Origin: Bispira polyomma
Taxonomy: Eukaryota
Length of the DNA stretch: 64,000 bases
NCBI GenBank assembly: GCA_965649765.1
Contig: OZ287754.1
Span: 35,340,001-35,404,000 of the forward strand
Reading direction: 5' to 3'
This document shows positions 26,806-38,765 of the stretch, in pieces (position 1 is the first letter of the stretch; each line of letters starts with the position of its first letter). A program made the position numbers and the translations under genes. Under the pieces are notes generated by a model, which saw only the letters and a program-made list of their open reading frames with translations, was not told where the DNA came from and searched no databases.

Positions 26806-27512
26806 CATACCCACCTTACATTTGATTACTGTTACATATGATGGTGATACCCACCTCACATCTGATTACTGTTACATATGATGGTGATACCCACTTGACA
26901 TCTGATTACTGTTACATATGACGGTGATACCCACCTTACATCTGATTACTGTTACATATGACGGTAATACCCACCTTACATCTGATTACTGTTACATATG
27001 ACAGTGATACCCATCTTACATCTGATTACTGTTACATATGACGGTGATACCCACCTTACATCTGATTACTGTTTCACATGACAGTGATACCCACCTTACA
27101 TCGGTTATCTGTTATACACATCAGTGATAACCACTTGACATCTGATACTGTTACACATGACAGTGATACCCACCTGTCGTCTAATTACTGTTACACATGA
27201 CAGTGATACCCACCTGTCGTCTGATTACTGTTACACATGACAGTGATACCCACCTTACATCTAATTACTATTACACACGACAGTGATACCTACCTTACAT
27301 TTAATAACTGTTACACATGACCGTGATACCCACTTGACATCTGATTACTGTTCCATATGACAGTAAAACCCACCTTACATCTATTTACTGTTACACATGA
27401 CAGTGATACCCATCTGTCATTTGATTACTATTACGCATGACAGTGATACCTACCTTACATCTGATTACTGTTACACATATCAGTGATACCCACCTTGCAA
27501 CTTATTACTGTT
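26806..27512 (+). repeat. 40-bp minisatellite, about 17 copies
   Basis: Unit GATACCCACCTTACATCTGATTACTGTTACACATGACAGT, read directly. Confidence 0.95.
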
Positions 27513-29244
27513 ATATTCAAAACTCAACCAACCCTTTTCTTTTTAAGGCCACATCATAGATGCAACGCTGTAGAAGATATTGCGCTGTCTCTTTAGGTGA
27601 TGTTAATGGACTTACATGTAGCCAGAGCGACCCACAACATGTACGCATACAGGATTACATCAGATGCTGGAGTTATTGAGTACTATGAAGATGACAGGCA
27701 GTGGTCGGCTGGGCAGCATATCCTGAGGATTCTACGAGACAATAATGTGGTGAATAGACTTGTTTTGCTATCAAGGTGGTACGGTGGACAGAATCTGGAA
27801 CCCAAGCGATTCCAATGTATCGAAGATGCAGCTAGAGATATGTGCAAGTACTTTTCTAATAAAAACTAACCTATCAAATACTTAGAAAGTAGAAAGTAGA
27901 ATGTTTTTAGACACTATTTGGCACTATCTGAAAAATATAATGCTGTGTTAATATACTAAAAAAATAAATTGTACATTTTTGTCTGTACCTTTCTGAATTT
28001 TTCAGGAAGTGTTAGAAAATGAAATACTTAACATGGAAAATCTGAAAGACCACAGTAAATGTTTGACTAGATGAATGGTAAAAACTCTAATATAATGTGT
28101 GGATAAATGGTCAAAATATTAAAATAATGTTAGGTGTATTTCAAACAATGATTATTAGCCGAAATTCCTTATTTTTACTCCAGGAAATGTTTCCGCCATA
28201 ATACAAATATTTAGATTCTTTCTTTTACTGAAAATTCAAAACCAGGTCCTTCATCCCAACATTCATAATGTTTAAGCCTCTTGTAATATGTTTGGTATGA
28301 AAACAAGGTATCCGTGCCTTAGATGTATATTTCAATTGTATATGGAGTTGATTTATAAATTATTAACTATGTACAGGTACTGAGAATATTGCATTTAAAT
28401 AAATGTATTTTTTGGAAAAGTAGAGAATATCAGTCTATTTTAATATTATTAACCTTTGTTTCTGTGTCATGGCCTTCCTCTACTCAGTGCTTGATTTTGT
28501 CAAAGTTGGTCCGAGTTTTATAACATGGAAAAAACTTTTAACTCTAGCAATAATTCATCAGTATTCTGAAGGACCATGAGTGGCTCTACAATAAACGTGA
28601 TGCACTGTATAAAGACACTCAGAAGAAGAACATGCTGTTGGAGTTGTACTGTACTGCACGGGCAGGGGATTGGATTACAGTGAAGTGATAAAGTAGTTCT
28701 AATCTCAGAGAACTATCTTGACTATCAACCTGAGTGTGAGCAAGTCTGGGCAAGCTGCCGCAGAGTTGACTGAGCGACAGCAGTGGGTGAAGACCAACTT
28801 CAACTTCCTGAAGCTGCATATCAGACGCCAGCTCAACAAGTCTATCGGCTTCAAGCCTATCGCATCAGCTTCCAGGGGGCTGCCCCTCGTGAATCTCCTG
28901 GTGTGTTGTCCCACTCCAATACAAATCTGGCCTCACCAAAGTCTTCAACAGCCTTTGGATCCTCTACCCCTATCCAGGCATTGAGTTGGTTGACAATGGA
29001 CTGCTAGAACATTCCTTCCTGCAGTTCAAGAGGGAGTCCTTCAACCTAGTTACCACACTCCAGGAAATGGCAGGAGGAGGTATATTGCTGACATAATGTT
29101 ACCAATTGACAACACCACCACAACACCACCACTTTATCAACAACCACCACTACCAATCGGTCCTTTTCAGGGCTACCCAAATCATCCAAGAACATGATTG
29201 AAGCTGTTTGTTCAAAAAATGATATAAAAACCCTCATGACAAGA
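27513..29244 (+). repeat. Local duplication, derived copy (of 31125-33221, lacking ~365 bp internally)
   Basis: Near-identical to 31125-33221 from ATATTCAAAACTCAACC to AAAACCCTC.TGACAAGA; lacks ~32179-32543. Confidence 0.92.
27538..27869 (+). pseudogene. IMPACT/YigZ (UPF0029) domain fragment, probably the C-terminus of an L1/Tx1 ORF1
   Basis: F(Q)GH...VARATHNMYAYRI....EYYEDDRQWSAGQHILRILRDNNVVNRLVLLSRWYGGQNLEPKRFQCI matches the ATHNxYAYR / DDGE..AG / SRWYGG..LG..RF motifs. Confidence 0.8.
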
Positions 29245-29413
29245 TTACGCATGACAGTGATACCTACCTTACATCAGATTACTGTTACACATATCAGTGA
29301 TACCCACCTTGCAACTTATTAATATTACACACATCAGTGATATCCACTTGACATCTGATTACTGTTACACATAACAGTGATACTCACCTTACATCTAATA
29401 CTGTTACACATGA
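29245..29413 (+). repeat. Continuation of the 40-bp minisatellite (about 4 copies)
   Basis: Same unit as 26806-27512. Confidence 0.9.
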
Positions 29414-31124
29414 CAAACTTTTAACTCTACCAATATCTGTTACAAATTATGATATATGACCTTGCTTTGAGTGGCATGAAACTCTATATGCCTCTTCATG
29501 ACCAGTTTTTTTTATCATGACGGTTATGCACAAAAACTACTTTTTATGATTTTGGATAATGTTTGTTATGTATTAGTTTTTTTTGTTAGATGTGATTGTG
29601 GTGTACATGGTATGAATTTTTATGTTCAGATGTGGTGTATTTATGTCTTTAAAACAAATTTGAAACCCCCCACTCACCCCCTCAAAAAAACCTTCTAGAT
29701 AATAATTTGAAATGATCCCGGATATTAAATGCACCACCATCATATTATTGTTAGACTATCTTTGTGTATAAACACCCATAATGTTGTATTTATTGTCAAA
29801 GCAAAGTAATTGTCTTTAACATATTGCTAAGAACATTATTTTACAAGAAAATGTGATTATTTCGTTCTAAGAACATAGCAATATACTAATGGTATGACTT
29901 TGTTAACCTAGTATTCACATAAATGTCACCTGAGAAGATCTTAACCCAAATGTGAGTGGGACTAAGAATATCAGGAAATATTGTTATGAAGATAGATACA
30001 AATCCTGTCTTTTAATTTCGCTGATGAGAGTGTTAGCAGATTGTTGTATCTCAATTTCAGTAATAGCCAATTTCTTTTTGTCTGAATATGTTTACTATAC
30101 TCAATGCTATTCAGTGATCTGCTGAGCTGTTTTGGAACAGCATAGGCATCTGTGTGCAATGGGGAATGAAGCTGAAGAATAACAGTTTTATTAAGGGTTA
30201 ACTCCATCGCCCTTAGTTTTATTCCAGGTGCCACACCCTACAAATGACGGATTACCATTAGAAGCCCAATCTGCAACATTACCGGTGTACTGAAAAATAC
30301 TGACTCCCCTAAATTTGCAACTAGGGGGCAGTATTTTGCAAGGGGGGTTGCTTTTTGAGAAAATCAGTGGTATAGGGTGCGTAGGGTGTGTAGGGTGGGC
30401 ATGGGGAGAAGGAATTATCAAAATTATTATGAATTAAACCATTCTTTCTCAAATATTTCCATAAATTAATACAAAATGTGAATAACTAATTGTAGCTATA
30501 TCGTTTTTTTACTAGAATCAAGAATATTATCATGTATAGCCTTTTGTTCATTTCATGAAAGTATGTGTATGTATATCATCAACAATAAATAAATACAATC
30601 TTTTATGTGTAAGGACTTTACCAAATATATTTAGAGATATTAAAGTATTAGGTATTTCATTAGTTAACCCTATATATAAATTTGATTGTAACTAAGAAAG
30701 TTACTTGAATTTAATATGCGATACATACTACACCCAACATAGGTATATGTTGTTGCTTCTTTCCTATTAATTTCCAGCTCCTTAAAGAACTAATTCAGTA
30801 TGTCCTTTGTGTAATGAAGAAGAAGTGTGGCGTCCAATGCCATCAGAATAAGTGACAAAATCAATGACATTAAAGATATAAAATATATAAATTTGCTTTG
30901 TAATGATAACATACTGTAACTAATTAACTGTTACTTATTGACATATATATTATAATGTAAATGTTCATTTATTATATCCGCTGAATGTATGTTGTTGACA
31001 TATTGCATACTCATAATATATGTTTAGAATTCCACAAAACATTTTACATTTCACGACTAATGATTACTATTTACTGATGAGTAGATCATATTAATCAGAA
31101 GTTAAAGACTGAAATCACACAATA

Positions 31125-33221
31125 ATATTCAAAACTCAACCAACCCTTTTCTTTTTAAGGCCACATCATAGATGCAACGCTGTAGAAGATATTGCGCAGT
31201 TTCTTTAGGTGATGATAATGGACTTACATGTAGCCAGAGCGACCCACAACATGTACGCATACAGGATTACATCAGATGCTGGAGTTATTGAGCACTATGA
31301 AGATGACAGGCAGTGGTCGGCTGGGCAGCATATCCTGAGGATTCTACGAGACAATAATGTGGTGAATAGACTTGTTTTGCTATCAAGGTGGTACGGTGGT
31401 GAATCTGGAACCCAAGCGATTCCAATGTATCGAAGATGCAGCTAGAGATATGTGCAAGTACTTTTCTGATAAAAATTAACTTATCAAATACTTTAAAATA
31501 GGTAGAAAGTAGAATGTTTTTAGACACTATCTGACACTATCTGAAAAATATAATGCTGTGTTAATGTACTAAAAAAATAAATTGTACATTTTTGTCTGTA
31601 CCTATATGAATTTTTCAGTAAGTGTTAAAAAGTGAAATACTTAACATTGAAAATCTAAAAGACCACAGTAAATGTTTGACTAGATGAATGGTAAAAACTC
31701 TAATATAAAGTGTGGATAAATGGTCAAAATATTAAATATAATGTTAGGTGTATTTCAGACAATGATTATTAGCCAAAATTCCTTATTTTTACTCCAGGAA
31801 ATGTTTCCGCCATAATGCAAATATTTAGATTCTTTCTTTTACTGAAAATTCAAAACCAGCTCCTTCATCCAAACATTGATAATGTTTAAGCCTCTTGTAA
31901 TATGTTTGGTATGAAAACAAGGTATCCGTGCCTTAGATATATATTTCAATTGTATATGGAGTTGATTTATAAATTATTAACTATGTACAGGTACTGAGAA
32001 TATTGCATTTAAATAAATGTATTTTTTGGAAAAGCAGAGAATATCAGTCTATTTTAATATTATTAACCTTTGTTTCTGTGTCATGGCCTTCCTCTACTCA
32101 GTGCTTGATTTTGTCAAAGTTGGTCCGAGTTTTATAACATGGAAAAAACTTTTAACTCTACCAATAAGTCATCAGTATTGCAATCTGGCGTTTTGAATCT
32201 TTTACTGTAGAAAGAGGATGTAGACAAGGAGACCCTATTGCACCATACTTGTTTCTATTATGTGGCCAAGTATTTTTTCTCATGACAAATTACAATAATT
32301 GTATTAAAGGGATTATATTAATGAACATATTTTTTAAATAGGCCAATTTGCCGATGACATTACATTAATTCTTGATGGAAGTAAGGAATCCCTGCTGACA
32401 GCTCTGAATACCCTAGAAATTTATGGTAATATAACACGGATAACGCCGGACAGTGAGATGAGTGGGACAGTCGCAAACAGAAGAAGGGGAAGATGGGGAC
32501 TGTGTTGTTAAACGATGAGCAGGAGGAGGCTGTGGAGGACTTTCTGAAGGACCATGAGTGGCTCTACAATAAACGTGATGCACTGTATAAAGACACTCAG
32601 AAGAAGAACATGCTGTCGGAGTTGTACTGTACCGCACGGGCAGGGGATTGGATTACAGTGAAGTGATAAAGTAGTTCTAATTTCAGAGAATTATCTTGAC
32701 TATCAAACTGAGTGTGAGCAAGTCTGGGCAAGCTGCTGCAGAGTTGACTGAGCGACAGCAGTGGGTGAAGACCAACTTCAACTTCTGAAGCTGCATATCA
32801 GACGCCAGCTCAACAAGTCTGTCAGCTTCAAGCCTATCGCATCAGCTTCCAAGGGGCTGCCCCTCGTGAATCTCCTGGTGTGTTGTCCCACTCCAATACA
32901 AATCTGGCCTCACCAAAGTCTTCAACAGCCTTTGGATCCTCTACCCCTATCCAGGCATTGAGTTGGTTGACAATGGACTGCTAGAACATTCCTTCCTGTA
33001 GTTCAAGAGGGAGTCCTTCAACCTAGTTACCACACTCCAGGAAATGGCAGGAGGAGGTATATTGCTGACATAATGTTACCAATTGACAACACCACCACAA
33101 CACCACCACTTCATCAACAACCACAACCACCAATCGGTCCTTTTCAGGGCTACCCAAATCATCCAAGAACATGATTGAAGCTGTTTGTTCAAAAAATGAT
33201 ATAAAAACCCTCCTGACAAGA
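31125..33221 (+). repeat. Local duplication, longer (donor-like) copy: IMPACT fragment + L1/Tx1 ORF2 remains + MADF gene
   Basis: See 27513-29244; second IMPACT copy at ~31150-31480. Confidence 0.9.
32060..32440 (+). pseudogene. L1/Tx1-clade reverse transcriptase fragment
   Basis: FTVERGCRQGDPIAPYLFLLCGQV...IKGI...GQFADDITLILDGSKESLLTALNTLEIYG. Confidence 0.85.
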
Positions 33222-33478
33222 AGCAAACTGGCCCCAAAAGTAACTTATCTCACTTACACACAAAACAAAATATACTTGTCCCCACACACAAGAACGATAA
33301 TAATTTCTAAAATATCAAACATATGAAAGTCCTTCCAAATAAAATCCCCTTTATAATATAAAGCCCTTCCAAATGTAATCTTCTTTATAATATGAAGCTC
33401 TTCCAAATGTAATCCCATTTAAATTTAAAAACCCATTCAATTAGAAGCGGTTTACAAAGTTAAAGAACTGAGAAATTT
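32440..33478 (+). mobile_element. MADF (Myb/SANT-like) encoding element, decayed
   Basis: LNDEQEEAVEDFLKDHEWLYNKRDALYKDTQKKNML...SKSGQAAAELTERQQWVKTNFNF.KLHIRRQ; 3' ~29-bp repeats (CTTCCAAAT..AATC). Homologous to 28568-29244 and to 41903-43050 (-). Confidence 0.7.
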
Positions 33479-33871
33479 ATTTTTATGCTGTCCAAATAAA
33501 AGGGGAAGTAATTTATTAGACTTCCATACAAGGGCTTTGATCATAATATTTTTTTACTTTGTTTCAAAATAAAAGTGGAGAATTCTACTTGAAAGGGGTT
33601 TAAGAATATATTTTACAAGGTCTTGCAAGGGTTTAGACAGTTTGGACGATTTCCTCCTGATAGATCTTGATAGTAGGACAGCCCCATAATGAAATCTGTT
33701 TCCGGACAATAAAAGATCACCTGGTTTCAATACAGATGATGAAACCATTGTTCACTTATTTTCAACATATAATATTACAACAGATTTTTGGTTTCATCTC
33801 GTTTGATGAGTCAACTTTCTCCGGTTTTTTTTGTCAATTCTAAAAATACTATTTTAGGCTATCTCAGAGAG

Positions 33872-34625
33872 GATTCCCTATGATTTTGCCACACATGATT
33901 TTGCCACACAATGATTTCGCCACACTTTTTACAGGGGTTATGATTTTGCCCTATCACCCCTTGATTTTGCCACACTTTTTTATATATATTTTAAAAGTGT
34001 TTTTAAATTAAACATTTTCAAAAGAATATATTTTGGTACAGTAAAAAGTTAAAGTTTTTACATTTCCTTTGGTGAATATATCATAAGTAATCCCATTAGC
34101 TAACCAAAGTGGAGAAGCCATTGATCTTATGGAGAAGCCATGTGTGTATTATTTATTTTTCCGTTAATGTAGATCTAATCGCCTTTTGTTGATTCCCTTT
34201 TATTATGTATGAGACAAAGTAGAAAAGAAACATCCAGTAACTGTTTATTACATTTTACCAATACCACAGAGGAAAAGAGAGAGTGATTAATGCTTATTCT
34301 TATTGCTTATTCCTTTTCTAAATGTTTTATAAGTCTAATAAACTGTCAAAAAAAGTGTGGCAAAATATTTTAGTTTATTAAAGTTTATTATCTGTACAAA
34401 GGGACTTTTTCTTTTTTTTATTACCTGTAATATAATTTTATTTTTCAAAAAGTAATTTTAGTATAATAACCCCCCCCAAAAAAAAGTGTGGCAAAATCAA
34501 TGGATAATAGGGTCAAAAAAGTGTGGCAAAATCAAGGGGTAATAGGGCAAAATCATACCCCCTGTAAAAAGTGTGGCGAAATAATTGTCTGGCAAAATCA
34601 TTGTGTGGCAAAATCAACAGACACC
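33872..34625. mobile_element. Foldback-type non-autonomous DNA transposon (MULE-like MITE)
   Basis: ~110-bp inverted arms made of TGATTTTGCCACAC repeats; 9-bp flanking duplication CTCAGAGAG (33863-33871) / CTCAGAGGG (34626-34634). Confidence 0.85.
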
Positions 34626-37425
34626 CTCAGAGGGAGGGAAAGGCTTTCTTACAACAAAAATTTTATACTGCTTATTGCCAAACGCTTTATCTTTTACATG
34701 CTCTAAAGAATCCTAAATATTATAGCATTCCAAAAATATTTCAATAAGGTTTTTAATGAGAAATTTTTTTGAAAGTTTTTGGGCAAGATCCAACTGTGAT
34801 AATGAAAAGTTTTAAAAAAAGTAATCCAGCTTCAAAGTAAAATTAAGTACAATGACTTTTTACATATTGCTTTCTTTTTAAGTTTTCATTTTCTGTACAA
34901 GAAACATTGTTTATCGTAAAAAAACTTTGTTTCTATTGTAACAGAATTGTTATTTTCATATATTAAAGCTTTGATTTGATGTACTTTGTACTGTTGGAAT
35001 CAACAACAAAATAAGTCCACCAACCCAAACCCACTCCCTCTAATTGCAATCTAGTGTACCAGACTCAGAGGGCAAATCAGTGATAAGAAGACTAGAGTGG
35101 GTCTGGGTAGTAAGTATTTGGCAGGGGAGTATTTATTTGGCTGCCATATTTTGACTCCTATAATCCCCTATTTGAAAGGTAAGGGGTATGTAGTAGCACA
35201 CCCAAATCAGTGTTGAAGGAAAAACAAAACATACAAATAGCCACATTTGGCCTTAAAAACTTTTGTAAAGGTGACTTTGAAAAGTGGGGACATGCAAAAT
35301 AGTTGAAAACAACACATGGTATTGAAAAGGTGACTTTCCCTGAGTGATTCAACCACACCACAGAAAGTCTAGCTGAGGCCTCCCTTTGGGTGTCTATATA
35401 AAACCCCAAACCAGCATGGTCAAGCTAGTTGTGAAAAAGAGTTACTACAGGCGGGCTATAAAATTTCCCCACCCTTCCACATACCCAAGTTTAAGGTTAA
35501 GGGTTGCCTAATGGTTCCCCTAGGCCCTTCTTTTAGTAAATCATTTTAAACATATACTTGCTTTTACTACCCTTTCTGTTAAATAACAGCCAACACTCAA
35601 AGGAACGTAATGCTTGCTCAAGTAAAGTATATATATAATGTTATAGATAGGCGTGTAATTGCTCTAAGCTAATCAGTAGTTAAACATATGCTGTATACAG
35701 AGCTCACGCTTATTGCTGTTATGTAAATAATGTTACGTAGAATAGAAGTAGTTGTCAAGCGTAAATGTATTAGTAGAACAATTTAACAATGTTAGAAATT
35801 AACAATACTAAAAAATGTTAATGTGTATAAAAAGAAGTGGTTAAAAATAAACTCCAAATGTGTTTTATAAAAAACTATACTTTTGATTATGACTTCCTCA
35901 CTGTCACCTCCTTTCTGATCATTTTTCTCTCTATACTGGTTGGGGGAGTACAAATTTTGTTTGCCAAATAATGATGGCCCTAAAAAGAAAAAAATGGAGT
36001 CAGTATTTTGATGGGAGTCAGTAGTTTGCGTTATACCGGGAAGCTTTTCAGTAAGACCCCCATTCACAACATAATAGCAAAAAGGCCAAAATCCAAAGAC
36101 ACCTTTTTTGTCCCTGAAGGAATATTGTCCTTAGGGAGCATAGAATAGAGATCCCAAGAACAATAGCTGTTATCACAGCCAACTGGAATAAATCACCAGA
36201 AACATTATTGGCTTGCTGAATGTGCAGAAAAAATCCCCCCTGCTCCATCAATGACTCTACTACCCCCCCCCCCCCCCCCCACCTACCAGCTTCTCCTAAC
36301 TCCACTCTCCCTCTCAACCCTTAATGCCACATCCCCCTTAAATAGAGCTGAAGCTTTAATAAGGCCAGCATAAGTGTAGCAGAGAGCCACTGTAAGAGCA
36401 AGTTTTTTTTATATTGTAGTGACATGCGACATGAAGCTGTTTGTCAGTATATATAAGGGGAGAGTCTCAAGAGAGACTTCACAAAATGAAAACATAAGTA
36501 CATTACATTACACACCAACTGACGAATGTCTACTAAAAGAGGAATTCTGGCAGAATTCATGTAGGGATATGATAATATACACAAGGTGACGATTGGCGGG
36601 ACAAAATAACTTACATTGAGTGACGGATTTGATATAAAAAAATCAAGAATGCAGGGAGAAATTCAAGCTAGCTGTTTAAAAGGGCTCTTGTATCATTTAT
36701 TATCAACAGGGGGACCCTGACTCTTAGGCAATATTTGTTCACAAATGTTGAAGTGATAATTGAGAGTGAAAAGCTTATAGTTTGTGGTAAGTATTTGTGG
36801 AAAGATTAAAGTACACATGGAACAATTTGAGACTCCTTTCACTTGGCTGATGCCGTCACCAATACCACGACATACAACTACCAGGATCTAAACTATTGCA
36901 ACTAAAAATAATTACCGATGTCAAAGGATGGTTTCTATCAGTGTCTTGGACAACAAACATCCACTGACACCATATTTTAGAAAATACATTTGATCAAGGA
37001 AATTACATCTCCTTGCCACTTTTGCAATAAAACAATTCACACAGTAGGAGGCATATCCGAATGGTCTCTTTCAGAGTCAGAGCAAAGATTTAATTAATGG
37101 CATGACATTACTTCTGAAAAGTGCTACATGTGGCAGAATAAAAAAATGTAGAAAGTGTGTTTGAGAAATCGGCAACTACCAGAAAGTTAGTGCTACTTGT
37201 GGAATATAGCTGATGTAATTGCAAAACTGATATGTAAAATTTGACGTGGAATATATGAAGTATAGTAATGGTTCGTAAATTCATAAGTAATAATTATTTA
37301 TTATTTTATGTTTTCTTTATATCTTGATTTTCACTTTATTGTTAATGTATGGATATGATAATGGACTATTGACCAAAATAGAGCCAATTTGTCTATGGTA
37401 ATCAACTCCAGTCACATATGTGTGG

Positions 37426-37508
37426 GTAAGCTTATTGCATTGCATTAGATTATCTCTATTGGATTAGATTATCTTCATTTCATTAGATTGTGTAACGTTT
37501 TTTTTCAG
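37426..37508 (+). other. Candidate short 5' intron of the GPCR gene
   Basis: Strong acceptor at 37507-37508. The nearest donor-like G|GTAAGC is at 37426, but the true donor could be farther upstream. Confidence 0.35.
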
Positions 37509-37523
37509 ATAACGAGAGAAAAT

Positions 37524-38765
37524 ATGGCCCTGTCGCTAGAATATCAATGCCTTTTAATAAAGGAGCACTTTGACATGGTTCAAGCTGCATCTGAAGTGGA
37601 TTCAATTGAATATAATCAATCAAGCGGTCCTGAACTTTGGGGAAACCTGACCGATAAAAATAACACCTCTGGAAGCAACTTCACAGAAAGAGATCACTTG
37701 GAGCTCGAAGGAAATCCTGTTTTGGAAGAAGTCAAATACTATTTGCTTGGGGTGGTTCAACCGTTTCTCTGTTGTTTTGGAATCGTTGGGAATATGTTAA
37801 ACATTTTGGTGTTATCCAGGAAGAAGTTCAAAACGTCCCTTGACTGTAGTATGGAAATAGCTGCCATGTGTGGACTCGTAGCCCTAGCCCTTTCGGATAC
37901 ACTCTATTGTATTAGTATGCTCCCAAAGGCATTCCTTAATAAGTCTGTCGTGATTTTTAGCAGTATGAACTTCTATATGGTTTACCAGATGCATGGAACA
38001 GCAATACAAAATATCTTCACGTATATTAGCACATGGCTAACAGTACTCATGGCTACAACAAGGTATATTGCAATTTGTAGGCCTCTGCATGCCAGGTACC
38101 TTGTTGAAACAAGAGCTACCGTTCTAGCAATAATCTCACTAATATTCCTATGCTTTCTGCTTGGTCTACCAGCATTTTGGAAGTATTCGTACATAGCATG
38201 CGCTAAAGAGAGCTTGTATATAATAGATCAAGGATTCTTTGTGAAGAAAAAGATGTTTAAAAATATCTTTACATGTTTATGGTGTGTGATTGGATTCTTC
38301 ATTCCTATGACCATACTGGTGTACTGTAACATCAATTTGATCGGGGCATTAAGGGAATCAATGCGCATGCGCAAGCACTACAGTGTAAGCAACAAGGCGG
38401 CTTCTCCTGGGAGCCATATCACTCCAACATTAGTTGCAGTTATATGTCAGTTTCTTTTGCTCATGACCCCCTCTGAGGTGATGAATTTCTACTACTTTGC
38501 AGTAGGCCGTGATACCGCTGAAGCCTTCACATTTGCTATTGTTGTCACCAATATTCTACAGACATTAAACTTTAGTCTTAATTTTATATTGTATTGCATC
38601 GTCAATAGCCGCTTTCGAAGCACACTTATACACCTTGTGTACTGCAGGAAAACATCGAGGGAATCTCACTACCACATGCGGATGTCTGCTTCTGGTAGGT
38701 CGTCTGGTGTAAGCCACACAAGACAATCTCTATTAACTACCAGTAACAAAGATACTGCAGTGTAG
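37524..38765 (+). CDS. Rhodopsin-class (class A) GPCR, FMRFamide/peptide-receptor-like, 413 aa, single coding exon
   Basis: Intact ORF with seven hydrophobic segments: TM1 FGIVGNMLNILVL, TM2 LALSD, TM3 STWLTVLMATTRYIAICRPL, TM5 FFIPMTILVYCN, TM7 NFSLNFILYC..N.RFR. N-terminal sequons NQS/NLT/NNT/NFT. ATG 37524 follows the acceptor TTTTTTTCAG (AG 37507-37508). Confidence 0.93.
   Translation: MALSLEYQCLLIKEHFDMVQAASEVDSIEYNQSSGPELWGNLTDKNNTSGSNFTERDHLELEGNPVLEEVKYYLLGVVQPFLCCFGIVGNMLNILVLSRKKFKTSLDCSMEIAAMCGLVALALSDTLYCISMLPKAFLNKSVVIFSSMNFYMVYQMHGTAIQNIFTYISTWLTVLMATTRYIAICRPLHARYLVETRATVLAIISLIFLCFLLGLPAFWKYSYIACAKESLYIIDQGFFVKKKMFKNIFTCLWCVIGFFIPMTILVYCNINLIGALRESMRMRKHYSVSNKAASPGSHITPTLVAVICQFLLLMTPSEVMNFYYFAVGRDTAEAFTFAIVVTNILQTLNFSLNFILYCIVNSRFRSTLIHLVYCRKTSRESHYHMRMSASGRSSGVSHTRQSLLTTSNKDTAV

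Noticed and set aside
26806-27512. CRISPR-like regular array
   Set aside because: Units are contiguous 40-bp repeats without unique spacers, no cas genes, eukaryotic context; it is a minisatellite.
37488-37523. Longer GPCR N-terminus from the ORF track (MCNVFFQ...)
   Set aside because: Starts at TTG and runs through a polypyrimidine/AG acceptor; largely intronic. The first ATG is at 37524.
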